64,000 nt of DNA, from the NCBI RefSeq assembly GCF_009914755.1, contig NC_060942.1; one strand, given 5' to 3'. Both the position numbers and the translations under genes were made by a program. Position 1 is the stretch's first letter, and every line of letters begins with the position of its first letter. Below are positions 32,831-45,936 of the stretch, one piece after another. The stretch comes from the human T2T-CHM13v2.0 reference genome, Homo sapiens. The notes under the pieces are model-generated. The model did not search any database and was not told where the DNA came from. It worked only from the letters and a program-made list of their open reading frames with translations.

Positions 32831-35800
32831 CTATTAAAAAATGCATAATCTTGATCCTAAGACTTAGGCATTGATAAGAAGAAACGGATTCCTTTAATAA
32901 GTGTATATAAAATTTATCCTGTGGGTCTCAATTATATTTCCAACCACAATATTTCTTTTAAAATATTCAGTCTAGTCAAGTCTTTAAAAAATGTCATGCC
33001 TTACAAAAAATGAAAATGTTTCCTTAAAAAAAAAGCATCCCTACACTTTATGTAGTGAGCACATTTATGATGAGAACATAGTCTCTATTCTGAAGGGTAC
33101 ATCTACTTTTCTATCACCATTCTCCTTACTTCCATAAAAGTTACAGTTTGGCTGTGAATATTTGAAATAAAAATGATCTTATCTGCTTTTCCCATCATAT
33201 ATTTTTGGCAGTTCTAACCTTCCACACAGAGGTTTTCTAAATTCTAACAGTCCACAGAACTAACAATTCAACAAAATCTATGTCCAACTAAAAACTGACT
33301 ATAAACAAGATATTTCATGCTATGGTATGAATCAGCTTCTTGCTGAAGTAACTCATCTACAACCCATTTTGCCCTAGAGCTTTTGAAAAACACAATAGAA
33401 ATCTGTTAAATTGGCAGTCTTGCTGAACTTCAACTATTTTATCTAGCTTGGTCCACTGTAACAATAATTGAGAGGTTCTCTTTGATGAAATGTGTTTTTG
33501 ATTTGGAGCATAGGTACAGAGATGAAATGGACCAAACCCCTTATTTAGATGGCTTCTTGCTATTCCTTCTCTTGGAAAGGACATATTAATATATAAGGCC
33601 TAGGAATGCCATTTAACGTCAAAGACATACATATGCTTTAGGAAAACACTTAAAAATGCAGTGTATTAATAGTAAGATGCATACATTAACACATTCTTAT
33701 TTGATTTTCAGGAGCAACCTATTATCACTTCTTAAAATATATTAACCACCTCTGTTACATGTAAAGTGGGATTGAATTTCTCAAACTTTGACTATAAGAC
33801 TTTTATTTTTGCTGGGAACATATCTAATCCTTAACACATATTCATTAAACAGGCATACAATCAAGTCTTGCTTATCTTTCTTTGAATTACATATGATTTC
33901 CTGCAAAGTTTTCATACCAGGTTTGCTCACTTCTGCCACCCAGCTCATTTCTGGGCAGTCTGCCCATCTTCCCCACCTCCCCACAAATGGGTTTTCGTGT
34001 TTGAGGCATGAAAACTCATTTAAAAATTAACCTAAACACAAGAAAATAATTAGAAAGGCAACTTGCCCACAATAACAATGAAAATCTTTTTTAAACCAAA
34101 CATGCAATACATTCCAAAGACAAACACAAATGACTTTTTAAATAACCATGATTTTACATTATCTTTGCCTCTATTTTTCTCATTAACATGAATAATTCAG
34201 AGTATTTACTATACATGGTGAAACTGTTTCTCCTCAATAATTCATTTTTAGGATACAGAAAAATAAGATGTAACATGTTCTTATGTAATATCCAAAGGTT
34301 TTAATTAGACTATATTTTTAAAGGCAACTTTACTTTCAAAATTATCTGTAGTTTGGGTTTATTCTGTCCAAAGCCATTCTTCTAAGTTAGGAGAATCTTA
34401 ACGCTTTCAGGGAAAAGAGCAGTATAGAACACTGTAGCTGGTGATAATGGCCCACTTTTTCTTGGTTCCTGATAATCTTCAAGTACACATCAATTATTTG
34501 CAAAGTGTGAAAAAGATCATCACTATCTTTTTCCTCAAAAAATATGAAAATGCTTTGGGACATTGCACCCATATTTGAGTGAAAAGAATTTTCCTAATGT
34601 GCTGGCTAGGCTAAAGGAACAAAGGATGTATTATGTAACTTAATTTGGAATGATAAAATACCGTAATATTGAAGCTCTAATTAGAGCAAACACCCCTAAA
34701 TGGGAAATCTTTCTTGGATAGGGAACTGAATATCTCAAATCTTGCTTTATTGATGACATCAACCAAACAAAGAGTGTGAATCTATCTGCTGATTACATCC
34801 CAACTCATCCAGATTCCCAAATACAAATATAAAGTATATAATAACAGGTAAACATGTTATTCATATCCTATCTCACATCCTATGCTATTCATATGCAATA
34901 CTGATGTGGGAAACAATGTGTATTTCTTAGGTTTACTGAATTTGGAATTTGTAAGAGTAAGTTAGTCTCTTATTTTGTAAATTCTTCCTTGGAAGATGTT
35001 ACATTCTCCTGGAAACCATACTAAGTTTCTGAAGTCACAGGGCTTTTTAATGCACTTCTTCAGAGCATCAAATGCTACCCTTGTGACCAGGAAGAAAGGA
35101 AAAGAAGGTCATCAGGAGGGCCCTGCAGCTGCACTAATTTCTAGCTTCTCTCTGTTAACAAAAAGGTGGGGGGTGGGGGGAAAGCAATCAGATTTTTACT
35201 GGAGTATACACCAGCCTTGGCCAAGTGCTTTGAAACTTTTAGAATGTCTTCTTTCATTGAAAATAAAAGAAGCAGAGCTTATGGTGTAATAAGCCAAACA
35301 CAACAGTTACTGAACTTGAGTCAACATTGGATACCATTACAGCTTTCAGGATAGTCATGGGAATGTATGAAATGAGTAAGTACGTTTTGATACCTGTGAA
35401 AATAAAACATTGTGCTGTAAGTGAGTGGGAGAGAACAGATGGTTGGTAATGATTTAAAACATTTATGTTTTTGGACTATCACCAAGCCTCTGTATTAAAA
35501 AATATGGTGTTTAGTTAGTACATACCAACATCTATATGCAAGGTGCTCATTTTCTGGAGGACGGTACTGTAATGAAGGGGATAAAAACCAAATGAGGTAA
35601 GAGGAACATTCTTCTCGTTTTCTGGGGGCATTCAGTGTGTGCTATTTCTTATTGACGATATGCAATCTAAATGTTTTCCATATGATGAGAGGATTTTAAT
35701 TTTTCCTCAATTACTAGTCAGCTGTAAGTGCCTAGGAATCATACTGTTTGATCGTATGGTGTAGAATTGTAATATTGTTTTGTAAATTTGATTCACTTTG

Positions 35801-36539
35801 ATTGAAGCTCTTACACCCTTTGAGCAATAATAAAAAGTGGTAGTTCAGGGTGCTCTTGCCCATGAAAAACAATAGCATTCACCTTATCCTCACGTTGGTT
35901 GGCAGGCATATGGTGTTATGATTAGGTACTGGAATTAACAGGTGCCAGCCAACTGAATCAGAAGACAGATAAATACTAAATATGGTCACAATGCATTTGG
36001 ATGTGTATATGTGAGTTGAAAAGAGGCCCCTGTCCTTCAAACCGAGAGGAATAATAACAATGTAAATAAAATTGTACAAAGATAGATTAATGCAATTCTG
36101 AGGTTAAAGCGAAGAAAAATAAACATTGGTAATACTCTCAATTATCAGAAAAACTGCGAAAAGGGAGTCCTGTTAAGCATCCACGGCGTTTTGATTTGGA
36201 TCTGATAGCATAATAGGGAGAAAAAAGTCACACACACACATTGTGTATTATTCACTTGCCATCGCTTTCAAAACGCTGGGGATTATTCAGGCACAGTATG
36301 TTTGTGGGAGGGAGCTGGGGGTGGACCGCAGAGAGAGAGAAAGGAGGAAGGCCTGCAGCTCTAGACTTAGCACCTGTGAACTTAGTTGGAAATAACTCCT
36401 GACAGACATCAACCATAACACCTTCTAACAGAAACATGCTGATAGGCAGGATGTTCAAACGGGGCAGAAGAGGGAGCAGGCAACCCTGTGAAAGTAACAG
36501 CAGCAGAAACAAACACACCATTCCTTCTCCCCGCAACCC

Positions 36540-37700
36540 ACTTGGAGCCCCTCCTCAGATCGCCCCTCCCAACCCCTCTGCTCTGGCCACGATCGCACCT
36601 GGCCTCCCGGTCCCCCTAACTTCCCTCCCACCTCTCCCGCAGCCTGCGCCTGAGCCTGAGCCAGGTCGCGGAGTTTGAGACTGACGCAAAGGAGGCACCC
36701 CCGCAGCAGAGATGCTCGTCTTTCTGCCACACACCCTGGAGGACCCGACAGACTGGCAGCAGAAACTAAAGACTGTTCCTGCCGTCCTCTTTCCAACCTC
36801 TGCATGCCCCAAGAGGGGTCTGACCCCGGAATCCTGGAGTCCAGGGTGCCCCGCCGGGGCGCAGGAAGGAAACTCAGGTAGCTGACAAGTTCAGGCGGCC
36901 GTCCTTCTCCAGCGCCCCCTCAAAGTCAGGATCCCCTCCTGCTCCCGCCCCCCACCTCCCGCCATGCGTCCACTGAAGTGAAGGGAAGTGGGTTGGAATA
37001 CTGGAGGTAGGGGAGATAGAAAAAGGAAGAAGCCTCCCGCATCTCCAGCGGCGAAGCACCTGGAAAGGTGAGGGCGCACGTCCCCGCCCACCAGAGCCCG
37101 CTCCCGGCGCGGGTACCCAGCAGCGCGCCATCATCTCTGCCCCTCCAGTGCCCCCCAGCCCCAACCCCAGCCCCAGCGCGGTTACCTCGCGGGCCGCTGC
37201 CGGGCGCTTGCAGGTGCTGCTGTTCCAGGAGCGCAGCTTCGGAGGAAACTTCCCCGCGCTCCGGGGCAAACTCCCGCGCACTCCTGGCAGCCGTGAGGTG
37301 GCTGAGAGCGGAGCGCCGCGCCGGGAGCGGGGACAGCTCGGAGTCGGGCGCTCACCCTGGCCCTGACCCTCCCGCGTCCGGCCCGGCTGGGGCTGCGGCG
37401 CCGCCTCCGCGCCCGCTCCCGCCCGCGCCCCCGCCCCCGCCCGCCCGGGCAGCTCCGCCTCCCTCTTTTTCTCTCCCTCGCCCCCGCTGCCCGCCCTGCC
37501 TTCTCCAGCTCTGCCTTTGTGGCTCTCTGGTCCCCTCTTTCCTCTGACTTTCTGGCCTCGCCTCCGCTGGCGACTCGCCCTCCCAGCCCCGCGTGCCAGG
37601 GCTCAGGTGCCACCCCATGCCCAGTCGAGGAAGTGATTACCCTAGCAGTTCTTTCCCAATTCGCCCTCTCCTCTCCCCTGCGCTGGGGTCTTCTCCTAGC
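36540..37700. promoter_or_regulatory. CpG island promoter with clustered GC boxes (Sp/KLF-type) at ~37415-37450
   Basis: Abrupt GC- and CpG-rich block in AT-rich DNA, including CCCGCGCCCCCGCCCCCGCCCGCCC. Confidence 0.93.
37186..37350 (-). other. CHST9: Non-coding first exon, probably CHST9 exon 1 (TSS approximate); intron 1 runs past position 1
   Basis: Donor GAG|GTAACC inside the CpG island. The leader ...CTCTCAGCCACCTCACGGCTGCCAGGAGTGCGCGGGAGTTTGCCCC...GCGGCCCGCGAG is recalled as the CHST9 mRNA 5' end. No coding exon in 37 kb downstream, [14 protein letters not shown] a long first intron. Identity is from memory and unverified. Confidence 0.6.
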
Positions 37701-38061
37701 TTTTCTAGAAACCCAGTTCTGAGGAACACGTCCATAGGTTAGAAGGCTGTCGCAAACGTTAACTCCAAAGTCAAAATGTGTTTTGCTTTACAGACAGGAG
37801 GTGATGTTCGTTTGTTTATTTTAATACATCAATTATAATAGATCAATAAAGTGCTTGTTGTAAGTACGGCTAAGTTCAGCAGCAGGTTTGTGTAAACCAG
37901 GGCTCCCTCAAAATGAGCATAGTACCCATTTATAATGTTCAAGACCTAGGAGATTTCTCAGGCCACGCATTTCAAAATCGAACAAGCTGAAGTTGGCGGT
38001 TTTAAAGGGCTTTGCAAAGACCAACACTAGAATAACATTTTTAAATCATTAAAGGAAACAC

Positions 38062-38210
38062 CAGGCTTTGGGAGGCCCAGGCGGGAGGATCACTTGAAGC
38101 TAGGAGTAAAAGGCTGCAGTGAGCTCTGATCCTGCCACTGCCCTCCAGCCTGGGCAACAGAGCAAGACCTTGTCTTGAAAGAAAGAAAGAGAGAGAAAAG
38201 AAAAAATAAA
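38062..38210 (+). mobile_element. Alu monomer (FRAM / AluJ right arm)
   Basis: GGGAGGATCACTTGAAGCTAGGAG...GGCTGCAGTGAGCTCTGATC...CAGCCTGGGCAACAGAGCAAGACCTTGTC plus an A-rich tail. Confidence 0.85.
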
Positions 38211-38611
38211 AATGGTTCATTCAGGTTTAAAAATTAGTTCTAAACATTATTCTATCAACAATTTGACCAAACTAGGGCAAATAAAAATAAATGAATCCTT
38301 GATTGCTTATTTTGCATTCAGATGATTTCTATAAATTAACAAAGAAAAACTCAACTATTTTTTTAAAAGCATTAACTAGTTAAACCTACCTTATTACGAC
38401 ATTAGAATTTTGTTGTTGCTTTTGCTGAAACTGAAATATTAGCCTTATGCACTTCCAGTAGGTCTTATTCTTATTAATGGTTTAGTAATAACACATCTGG
38501 TAGTAGTGAACTTTGGTTCTTTGAAGAATTACCATTATAGGACTTGTTTGCCTGATGCAGGTTTCTTTTTAAACAGAAGCTGATTTATTATTCTGTCACA
38601 AGTGTTTTATT

Positions 38612-38941
38612 TTCATGCATTTTTAAAAATTGGGGTAAACACCACATTTTTATCATTTTTAATGTACAGTTCAGTAGTGTTAACATACAGTCACATTGCT
38701 TTAAAATAGATCTTCAGAATTTCTTCATCTTGCAAACCTGAAACTTTGTCCATCAAACAGCTCCCCCTTTTCCTCTCCCCTCTAGCACTTGGTAATTACC
38801 ATCCTACCTTTTGCTTCTATGAATTTGACAATGTTAGATCTCTGATATGATTAATATCCAGAATATATAAAGAGCTCCTATAACTCAGCAACAAAAAGTC
38901 AAATAACCTGATACAAATGGGCAAAGGACTTGAATAGACAT
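38612..38941. mobile_element. Old L1 (L1MA/MB-like): minus-strand 3' end joined to a plus-strand ORF2 piece
   Basis: ~38620-38838 is a reverse L1MB 3' UTR. 38839-38941 is forward ATTAATATCCAGAATATATAAAGAGCTCC...AATGGGCAAAGGACTTGAATAGACAT. Confidence 0.75.
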
Positions 38942-40420
38942 AAGAGTTTAATTTTTAAAATTTGTATATTTGCTGGGGTTTTTTTGTTTTATAGATTTCT
39001 TTTTATTTCAGCTTAATTGTAAAGGAGTTTTAAAGTTATCAATGCCATATAAACACACTATTGAAAATTTGGAAAATTGAAAAAGAGTAAACAAATCATT
39101 CCACAAGCAAACCATTGTAATACAACTTGCTGATTTGTTATTAACTTTTAACCCAGAGTCAGTCCTTCATATGGGGAAAATCCTCATTCTCCAATAGAAT
39201 AAATGTTTCCTGAGTTGAAAGAAACAAGCTAGTGTTCCCTGAGCTGTATTTAACTGACACATGCCTGGTAGGCAATTGATGAGCGCTCCTTGAATGAACT
39301 AACCATTTAACTTACTCGCTCTTGGTTTGGTTCCCTGTGTATCCATCCATGTTCTATGAATTCTTGGAGTTGGTACTATCCATTATATCACAGCAGTGAG
39401 GAAATTCAGGCCAACCTGATAATACATGAACTCTACTTCTAGGCTGTTGCAAAACATGCAAATTTTTTAGCCTGTGCCTTTCAGAAGTTGAGCAAGAATA
39501 TCATTAGAACTGTATTTGAATATAGTTCTATGCTTAAAATGGGCATAAATTGAAAAGTTTTAGTAGCTAACGGGGGAATTGGGCATGATCAGATCAACTT
39601 ATTGAATTTGCTTGATTGATGAGCTACTAGGCATTGCTAGTCCATTATGGGGTTTCCAGTCTTTAGAATCTATTTTATTCACTTATCTATCACAGCAAAT
39701 CAAATATTTAGAACTGTGGCTGTCTTTCATTCCTAGACCTCTGTTTAAAACTGATTTTAAAAATTTGAAGAATTACTATTATAGAAAATTGAATATTGTT
39801 AATATCCAAGGTTGATGAATAAAGGATCAAAAAATTACCTAAAATGTATACCAAGCACCAGTATAAGATGCATGTTCTCATGCCATTTGATTGGGAGTTA
39901 TATTGTTATGTGAAAATATTACCTTTTAATTTTGTAGTTAAACTAATTTAATTTTACACAGTGAATTATTTCTAAAACATTGATTAACAGCATGTTTCTA
40001 AACTCTCCAGTCTATTAATTTTGTTTAGTTCTTTCAATTTCTTAAAATGTTTAACTATTGACTGTTTCTGGGCAAGTGTGAAGCTTATGTATTGTTGATC
40101 CTTTAATGAATAGGTTGGTAACAATTATGGTCCATAAACGTGGTTTCTGCATCAAATCTCAAGGTACATTCAATAGCAAAAGTGCCTTCATAGAAGGAAG
40201 ACTTCATCATTCTCAGGTTTATTTGGAAAAGGCATACAATGCTGATACCGCTAGGCTAAGCACAACAATAAAGTTAAACTTAACTTTGAAAGTATAACTA
40301 GTAGTATAAAGAATGACTTCAGTGAGCTGCTCATAGAGATGAAAAATGTGTGTAAGGTGACCTGGGGTAGAGAGGTAGGAAAAGAGTAAGAAAGGATATT
40401 TTCCTGGTTTCCTTATGTAC

Positions 40421-40465
40421 CAAAAACAAACAAACAAACAAAAACAAAACAAAACAAAACAAAAC
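40421..40465. repeat. (AAAC)n/(AAAAC)n simple repeat
   Basis: Directly visible. Confidence 0.9.
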
Positions 40466-40792
40466 TAATTTAAGGTATCAGCATGACACTGCTAAGGGAT
40501 ACTTCTTGCTATTTTTGAGTTTATGCTTTTCTCTAATTATGCCGGTGTTAATGATGACTTGGCTTAATTAATGGCCAAAGTCAAAATTCAGCAGAAATGC
40601 ATTTAGCACAATATGCCAGGTCATGTGGGTGTTGCAAATACCTCTGAACCTTCTTATTTATGCCTCCAACTATTTTTTGAGGGAAAGCAGGGTTTTATTT
40701 ATCTGGGAAGAGATATTTTTACACAAGTCAATAGAGGATAGTCCAGTAGCTACAGTAGTTTCCCTTTATCTTATCTTGCTTTTATTTTGCAG

Positions 40793-42755
40793 CATACGAG
40801 TAAAACTAGAAAAAAATGATAGAATGCGATTTATGTTGATTCCTGGTCAAGTGAACACAAGCCGGCCCACTGAACCAGAAGAAAAGAGTAATAGAACTCT
40901 TGAAAGAGAAGATAAAACCCACCGTATCCAGATATTGCTGGGAAGAAAAATAAAAACAACTATTAAAAATTTAAAATCACTTTTAGAAAGCTTCCTTGCA
41001 TTAGTGCTATGAAATAGAAAGAGTCTTGGAGAACAGGATTTGTTCACGTTAAGTTGGGCAAGTCTTCTCTTCCTGGGCTCAGTTTCCTCATCTGCAGTGC
41101 ATGAGGTCATTGAACTCCATAAGCCCTAAGGATCCTTCTGGTTTCAAAAATCCCATAACGTCTGATATAGAACACTTACCTTGACAAAGCTCTTCAAGTC
41201 ATTTTCACCTTCACATATTGATTTATCTGTGTAGTGACATTTAAAGTGAATTCTAATCAGGAAATAAAAGGCTGATTTCTTCAGTAGAAGAAATTGACAA
41301 TAAAAAAATGTGAATACAAGAGAGAAACAAAGGCCTGATTACCAGAAGTCGATCTATAGGATACAGAATGTGGCATTGTACAAAGTAGAAATTCCTTTCT
41401 AAAATTTAAGAAGAAATCATTGTAACATCAGGAATAAACAGGAAAAAGGAGAAAGCATTAAGATTTTCCAGTCAAGGAGAGATCTGGAAACATAATGATT
41501 TACCTCCTGCCATAGCAAGCATGGTATAGCAAATTTTATGATTTGGGGTTGATCAAAATTATTGTGTGACGAAGACATAATTAAAAAAAGATTTGACTCT
41601 GTCTCTAACCTTTTTTAAGGAAGGAATTATTTTCTTAAAAATCAAGAACAAATCAAGGACCAAATATCTATAACTAAAGCACAAATTAAGTGTTCAGAAG
41701 AATATTGGGGAGAAAAAGCAGAATGCAAAAGGAAAAATGCCTTATGGAAAGAGCATAGGATTAATAGTAAATGAGGAAGAACTATGACTCCTAAAGAATT
41801 ATAAATTTTAAATTGTATGAAAAATAATATTGGTAAAACAGAAAAACTAAGAGATAATTGTAAGTAAATAAAAATGAAACAAGATGTGTTGCCATTATTA
41901 TTATATATCAGCTGCCCCAGTAAAGCAATAATTCAAGGTCAAATAACTTAGAATGGTCAGCACCTAATAGTCTTGGTAAATAGAGCAGGTCAATAAATAT
42001 ATATTGATTGGTTGATTGAATAAGAAATGCTTGCAGTTATTTTAGGAAAATCAAAGTTGCTTGGGAAGTTATGCATGTAATTTCTTAAACTAAGCAAGTA
42101 TAAATTTCCTTTTGAAACAATATAAAACAAAACCTTTCCTAACAGTTACCTCTAAATCCTAAACAATGAAATCTTTTATAAGATAATGTTTATATATAGC
42201 AAAACCTAAATTGGAAATAGATAAAATGTGGAAATATAAATGTGCTTCTGTAGAAAGAAATTATATTTTATATCTTTGATGGTTTTTGATAGGTGGTTGG
42301 AATAGGGAAAATTCTGTGTGAACAATTTACCAAAAAAATGCTATACTTTCCTCTAAACCAATATTTGGACATATAAATATTTTCCAACTGGGTTCAGTTT
42401 TTGATATGGCCAAAGATAATGATATGTTATTTCAAGACTGTAAGTCAAAATAAAATTGATTTGAAATGGTCTGAATTAATGAGATGCCTTCCATCCTGTA
42501 AGTTTCAACATTGTCATCTCAAGTGATAAGATAATGATGGACCGTTTCTTACCAAATATTTTATTAATTAACTCACGAAGCTTGGCCTGTTCAGTCAGTA
42601 TAGACACTATGTTCCGGTGCCTTGGATGTGATTAGCAAGATGTGATTCCTTTAAATAATGAGCTCAAAACACATATTAAATTTAGAAGTGGTAAGCTTAC
42701 AGGAAAAAGAAAGATCTGCTGGGAGTGAATAAAAGGAAAAAGAAAAAATGGCTTT
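40793..42755 (+). ncRNA. Possible terminal region of a plus-strand antisense lncRNA (AQP4-AS1/CHST9-AS1); boundaries speculative
   Basis: Strong + acceptor TTTCCCTTTATCTTATCTTGCTTTTATTTTGCAG|C at 40792/40793. AATAAA at 42728-42733 followed by a GT-rich tract. I recall AQP4-AS1 ending a few kb beyond the CHST9 TSS. Confidence 0.3.
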
Positions 42756-42778
42756 GTGATTTCTATCAATGGTGTGCA

Positions 42779-42783
<5 letters not shown>

Positions 42784-42815
<32 letters not shown>
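42784..42815. repeat. (TG)n microsatellite
   Basis: Directly visible. Confidence 0.95.
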
Positions 42816-42818
<3 letters not shown>

Positions 42819-44162
42819 TGTACTTGAAAGAGAGAGAGAATGCAGGCAACAGGCAAGCTGGTAAGAAATTTGATGAAATAGAGAATATGTCAATGATGTA
42901 TCCTAAGAAAAAATATAGAATTTGAGGGCACAGAGTAATTCTAAATCCACCTCCAATCCCATGCAATGAAATATTTCCTCGTCCAGCACTGGGAGTACTT
43001 GTGATATACGGCTCACCTCACTAAATCTAATATCATTTCAGCCCAGAGGGACACAGAGCATGGTGACTGACTTAGCCTTTTTGAGGGAAGGGATTTTGTT
43101 GACTGTTCAAAATGTGTTGTCCTTAATGGGAGGATTTTTTTTCAAATAAAGGTAAATAATGATTTTTGAAGACTAATACCTGTGATGAAAAATTAGTGTA
43201 AAAGAAAATTTATACTCAGTAGCATCATAAAATAAGTATAATATTAGCAGTGTGCTACAAATATTATTTCTAATGTTAATACTTAAAGTGAGCTGATAAT
43301 GAAACCAATTCAGCTTAGTATTATTAAGCTTATGCTTTTATTTAGCTAGTTATTTACATCTGAATCTATGTCTACATATAGCTATTCTAAATAACATTTG
43401 GATATTTGGTCTATTTAAAAGTCTTTTTCCCCTCTTGTAATAAAAATGTTTTTAAATTATCTCCTAATATTTAGAAAAGAAGGAAAGTATCTATTAGATA
43501 TTTATATCTTGTACTTGTGAGGGGTAAAACAGTGGAACTTAGAACTTGAAAGACTGCCTTGTTTTAGAGGGAAAACAAAGATGCTATTTCTGGCTAATAA
43601 TTGTGAATGTAACCTGAACCTTAATTACTAAGGTAAAAATAAACAAGTTCAAGATACAATCTCTTGCTAAAGTCTATTCTTCAATACATTTCTTAATACA
43701 CATGGTAACATCTAAGAATAAAATTTCCAAGGAGGAATGTGTCCTAATGCAATTACCTTGGAAAGTTTTCATATTTCAGCTTATGGGAAATCATAGATTT
43801 AGGCATTTATGAATTAATTTTTGAATTAATTAAAATAGCTCAATGAAATGGCATCACTATTACACTGATAAGTCTCCGTTTCTTCTTCTCTCTATCTTGT
43901 TGCTTCATGTTCTATGTAGTAGCTAGCCATTGCTCTGGGCACTTTAATTCTTGATTTTCAAATATCAATCTTATTTTGTAAAAAAATCTCCATGCACAGA
44001 AGCTCTTCTATTAGTTACATTGCTATACAGTCTAATTTTTTATGTTGGGTCACAAATTTTATAAGCTTTCACAATATCACATTTGATACATCTTTCAAGC
44101 TTGCTTTTTCATCTTGATTAGAGGGACTGTTTAACAAATCTGCACATAGATATCCAATCTCC

Positions 44163-44485
<323 letters not shown>

Positions 44486-44794
44486 TTAGACACATGGGAC
44501 TGCATTTTATGGAGTACTAACTCACTTCTACATTATTTGCCCAGAAACTATAGAATTCTTGTGCTATCTTTTTTCAACCACAACTAAAAGCAAATGAATT
44601 AAATACCTATTACCTCTGAACACTGTTTATACTTCTGGGTTAGGTGTGCAAATATTTTTCCCAGCACAGGAGCTGACCCTTGTCTGTGGTTATGCTGACT
44701 AAAGATTTTAATAGCAGAGAAAAATAAAATGTGTTTCAATGTGAAGAAGTAGCAAGAAGGAAAGCAAAGGTATCGCATAAGAAATCTAGAAACA

Positions 44795-45088
44795 GGCCAG
44801 GCGCCGTGGCTCATGCCTGTAATCCCAGCACTTTGGGAGGCCAAGGCGGGCGGATCAGGAGGTCAAGAGATAAAGACCATCTGGCCAACATGGTGAAACC
44901 CTGTTTCTACTAAAAATACAAAAATTAGCTGGGCATGGTGGCGCACCCCTAAAGTCCCAGCTACTCGGGAGGCTGAGGTAGGAAAATCACTTGAACCCAG
45001 GAGGTGGAGCTTGCAGTGAGCCGAGATATCACACCACTGCTCTCCAGCCTGGTGACAGAGTGAGACTCTGTCTCAAAAAAAAAAAAAA
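44795..45088 (+). mobile_element. AluSc-like
   Basis: GGTCAAGAGAT and CAGCCTGGTGACAG. TSD AAATCTAGAAACA. Confidence 0.95.
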
Positions 45089-45532
45089 AAATCTAGAAAC
45101 AAATATGCCCCAGTTGACAACTTTATTGTAAATGTGGTATCAGGAATTAAAGCATGAAAATGGAATGTTCAACAGCCACTAGTTAGCCATGAATAAACTT
45201 TTAAATCACCCTTCAGATTAAATACAACAAAATGGCATTACTTTTAACGATAATGAGTTATCACAGGTGCTGCATACACAAACGACTATATCACATAGGA
45301 TGAAACAGAAAGCAGCAAAGAAGTGACCTTAATGAGTAACGAAAAAACATCAAGTTAGGGAGGTTAAAGAAAAGCTCGTGTTTGTTATTATTATTTGAAT
45401 ATTTTGAAGCATGTCTGTTGATGAAAAGAACTAGTAAATATTTATAGATACCATGGCTACCTTAGGTAGTCTGTCACTTTATCAAAATAAACATGGCCTC
45501 TGGTAAGCATTTGTTTTAAAATTTAAATTGTA

Positions 45533-45841
45533 AGCCTGATGCGGTGGCTCACACCTGTAATCCCAGCACTCTGGGAGGCCAAGGTGGGTGGATTGCTTGA
45601 GCTCAGGAGTTCAAGACCAGCCCGGGCAACATGGAAAAACTTCATCTTGACAAAAAAATACAAAAATTAGCCAGGCATTGTGGTGCACACATGTAGTGTC
45701 AGCTACTTGGGAGGTTGAGGTTGGGAGAATTGCTGAGCCTGAGAGGCCAAGGCTGCAGTGAGCCGTGATTGTGCTGCTGCACTCCAGCCTAGGTGACAGT
45801 GAGACCTTGTCTCAAAAAGAAAAAAAGAAGAAAAAAAAGAA
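45533..45841 (+). mobile_element. AluJ
   Basis: GGATTGCTTGAGCTCAGGAGTTCAAGACCAGCCCGGGCAACATGG and GGCTGCAGTGAGCCGTGATTG. Confidence 0.93.
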
Positions 45842-45936
45842 TTTAAAATAAGATCCATGGAAAAGACCAAATAATCTAGCATTTTTAAGCTGTCTTCAAG
45901 ATTTAGAAAAGAAAAATATCTTAAAGAAAATAAGCT

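Noticed and set aside
35385-35412. Minus-strand TTTTATTTTCACAG|GTATCA as a recursive splice site
   Set aside because: The reconstituted donor is weak and the site is only 1.8 kb from exon 1; unsupported without data.
37241-37279. NF-kB-like GGGGAAGTTTCC and a neighbouring imperfect repeat in exon 1
   Set aside because: It does not fit the 10-bp GGGRNNYYCC consensus exactly, and such matches are common in GC-rich DNA.
36252-37722. Many overlapping Pro/Ala/Gly/Arg-rich ORFs on both strands
   Set aside because: Expected from stop-codon scarcity in a CpG island. Most use non-ATG starts and none resembles a known protein.
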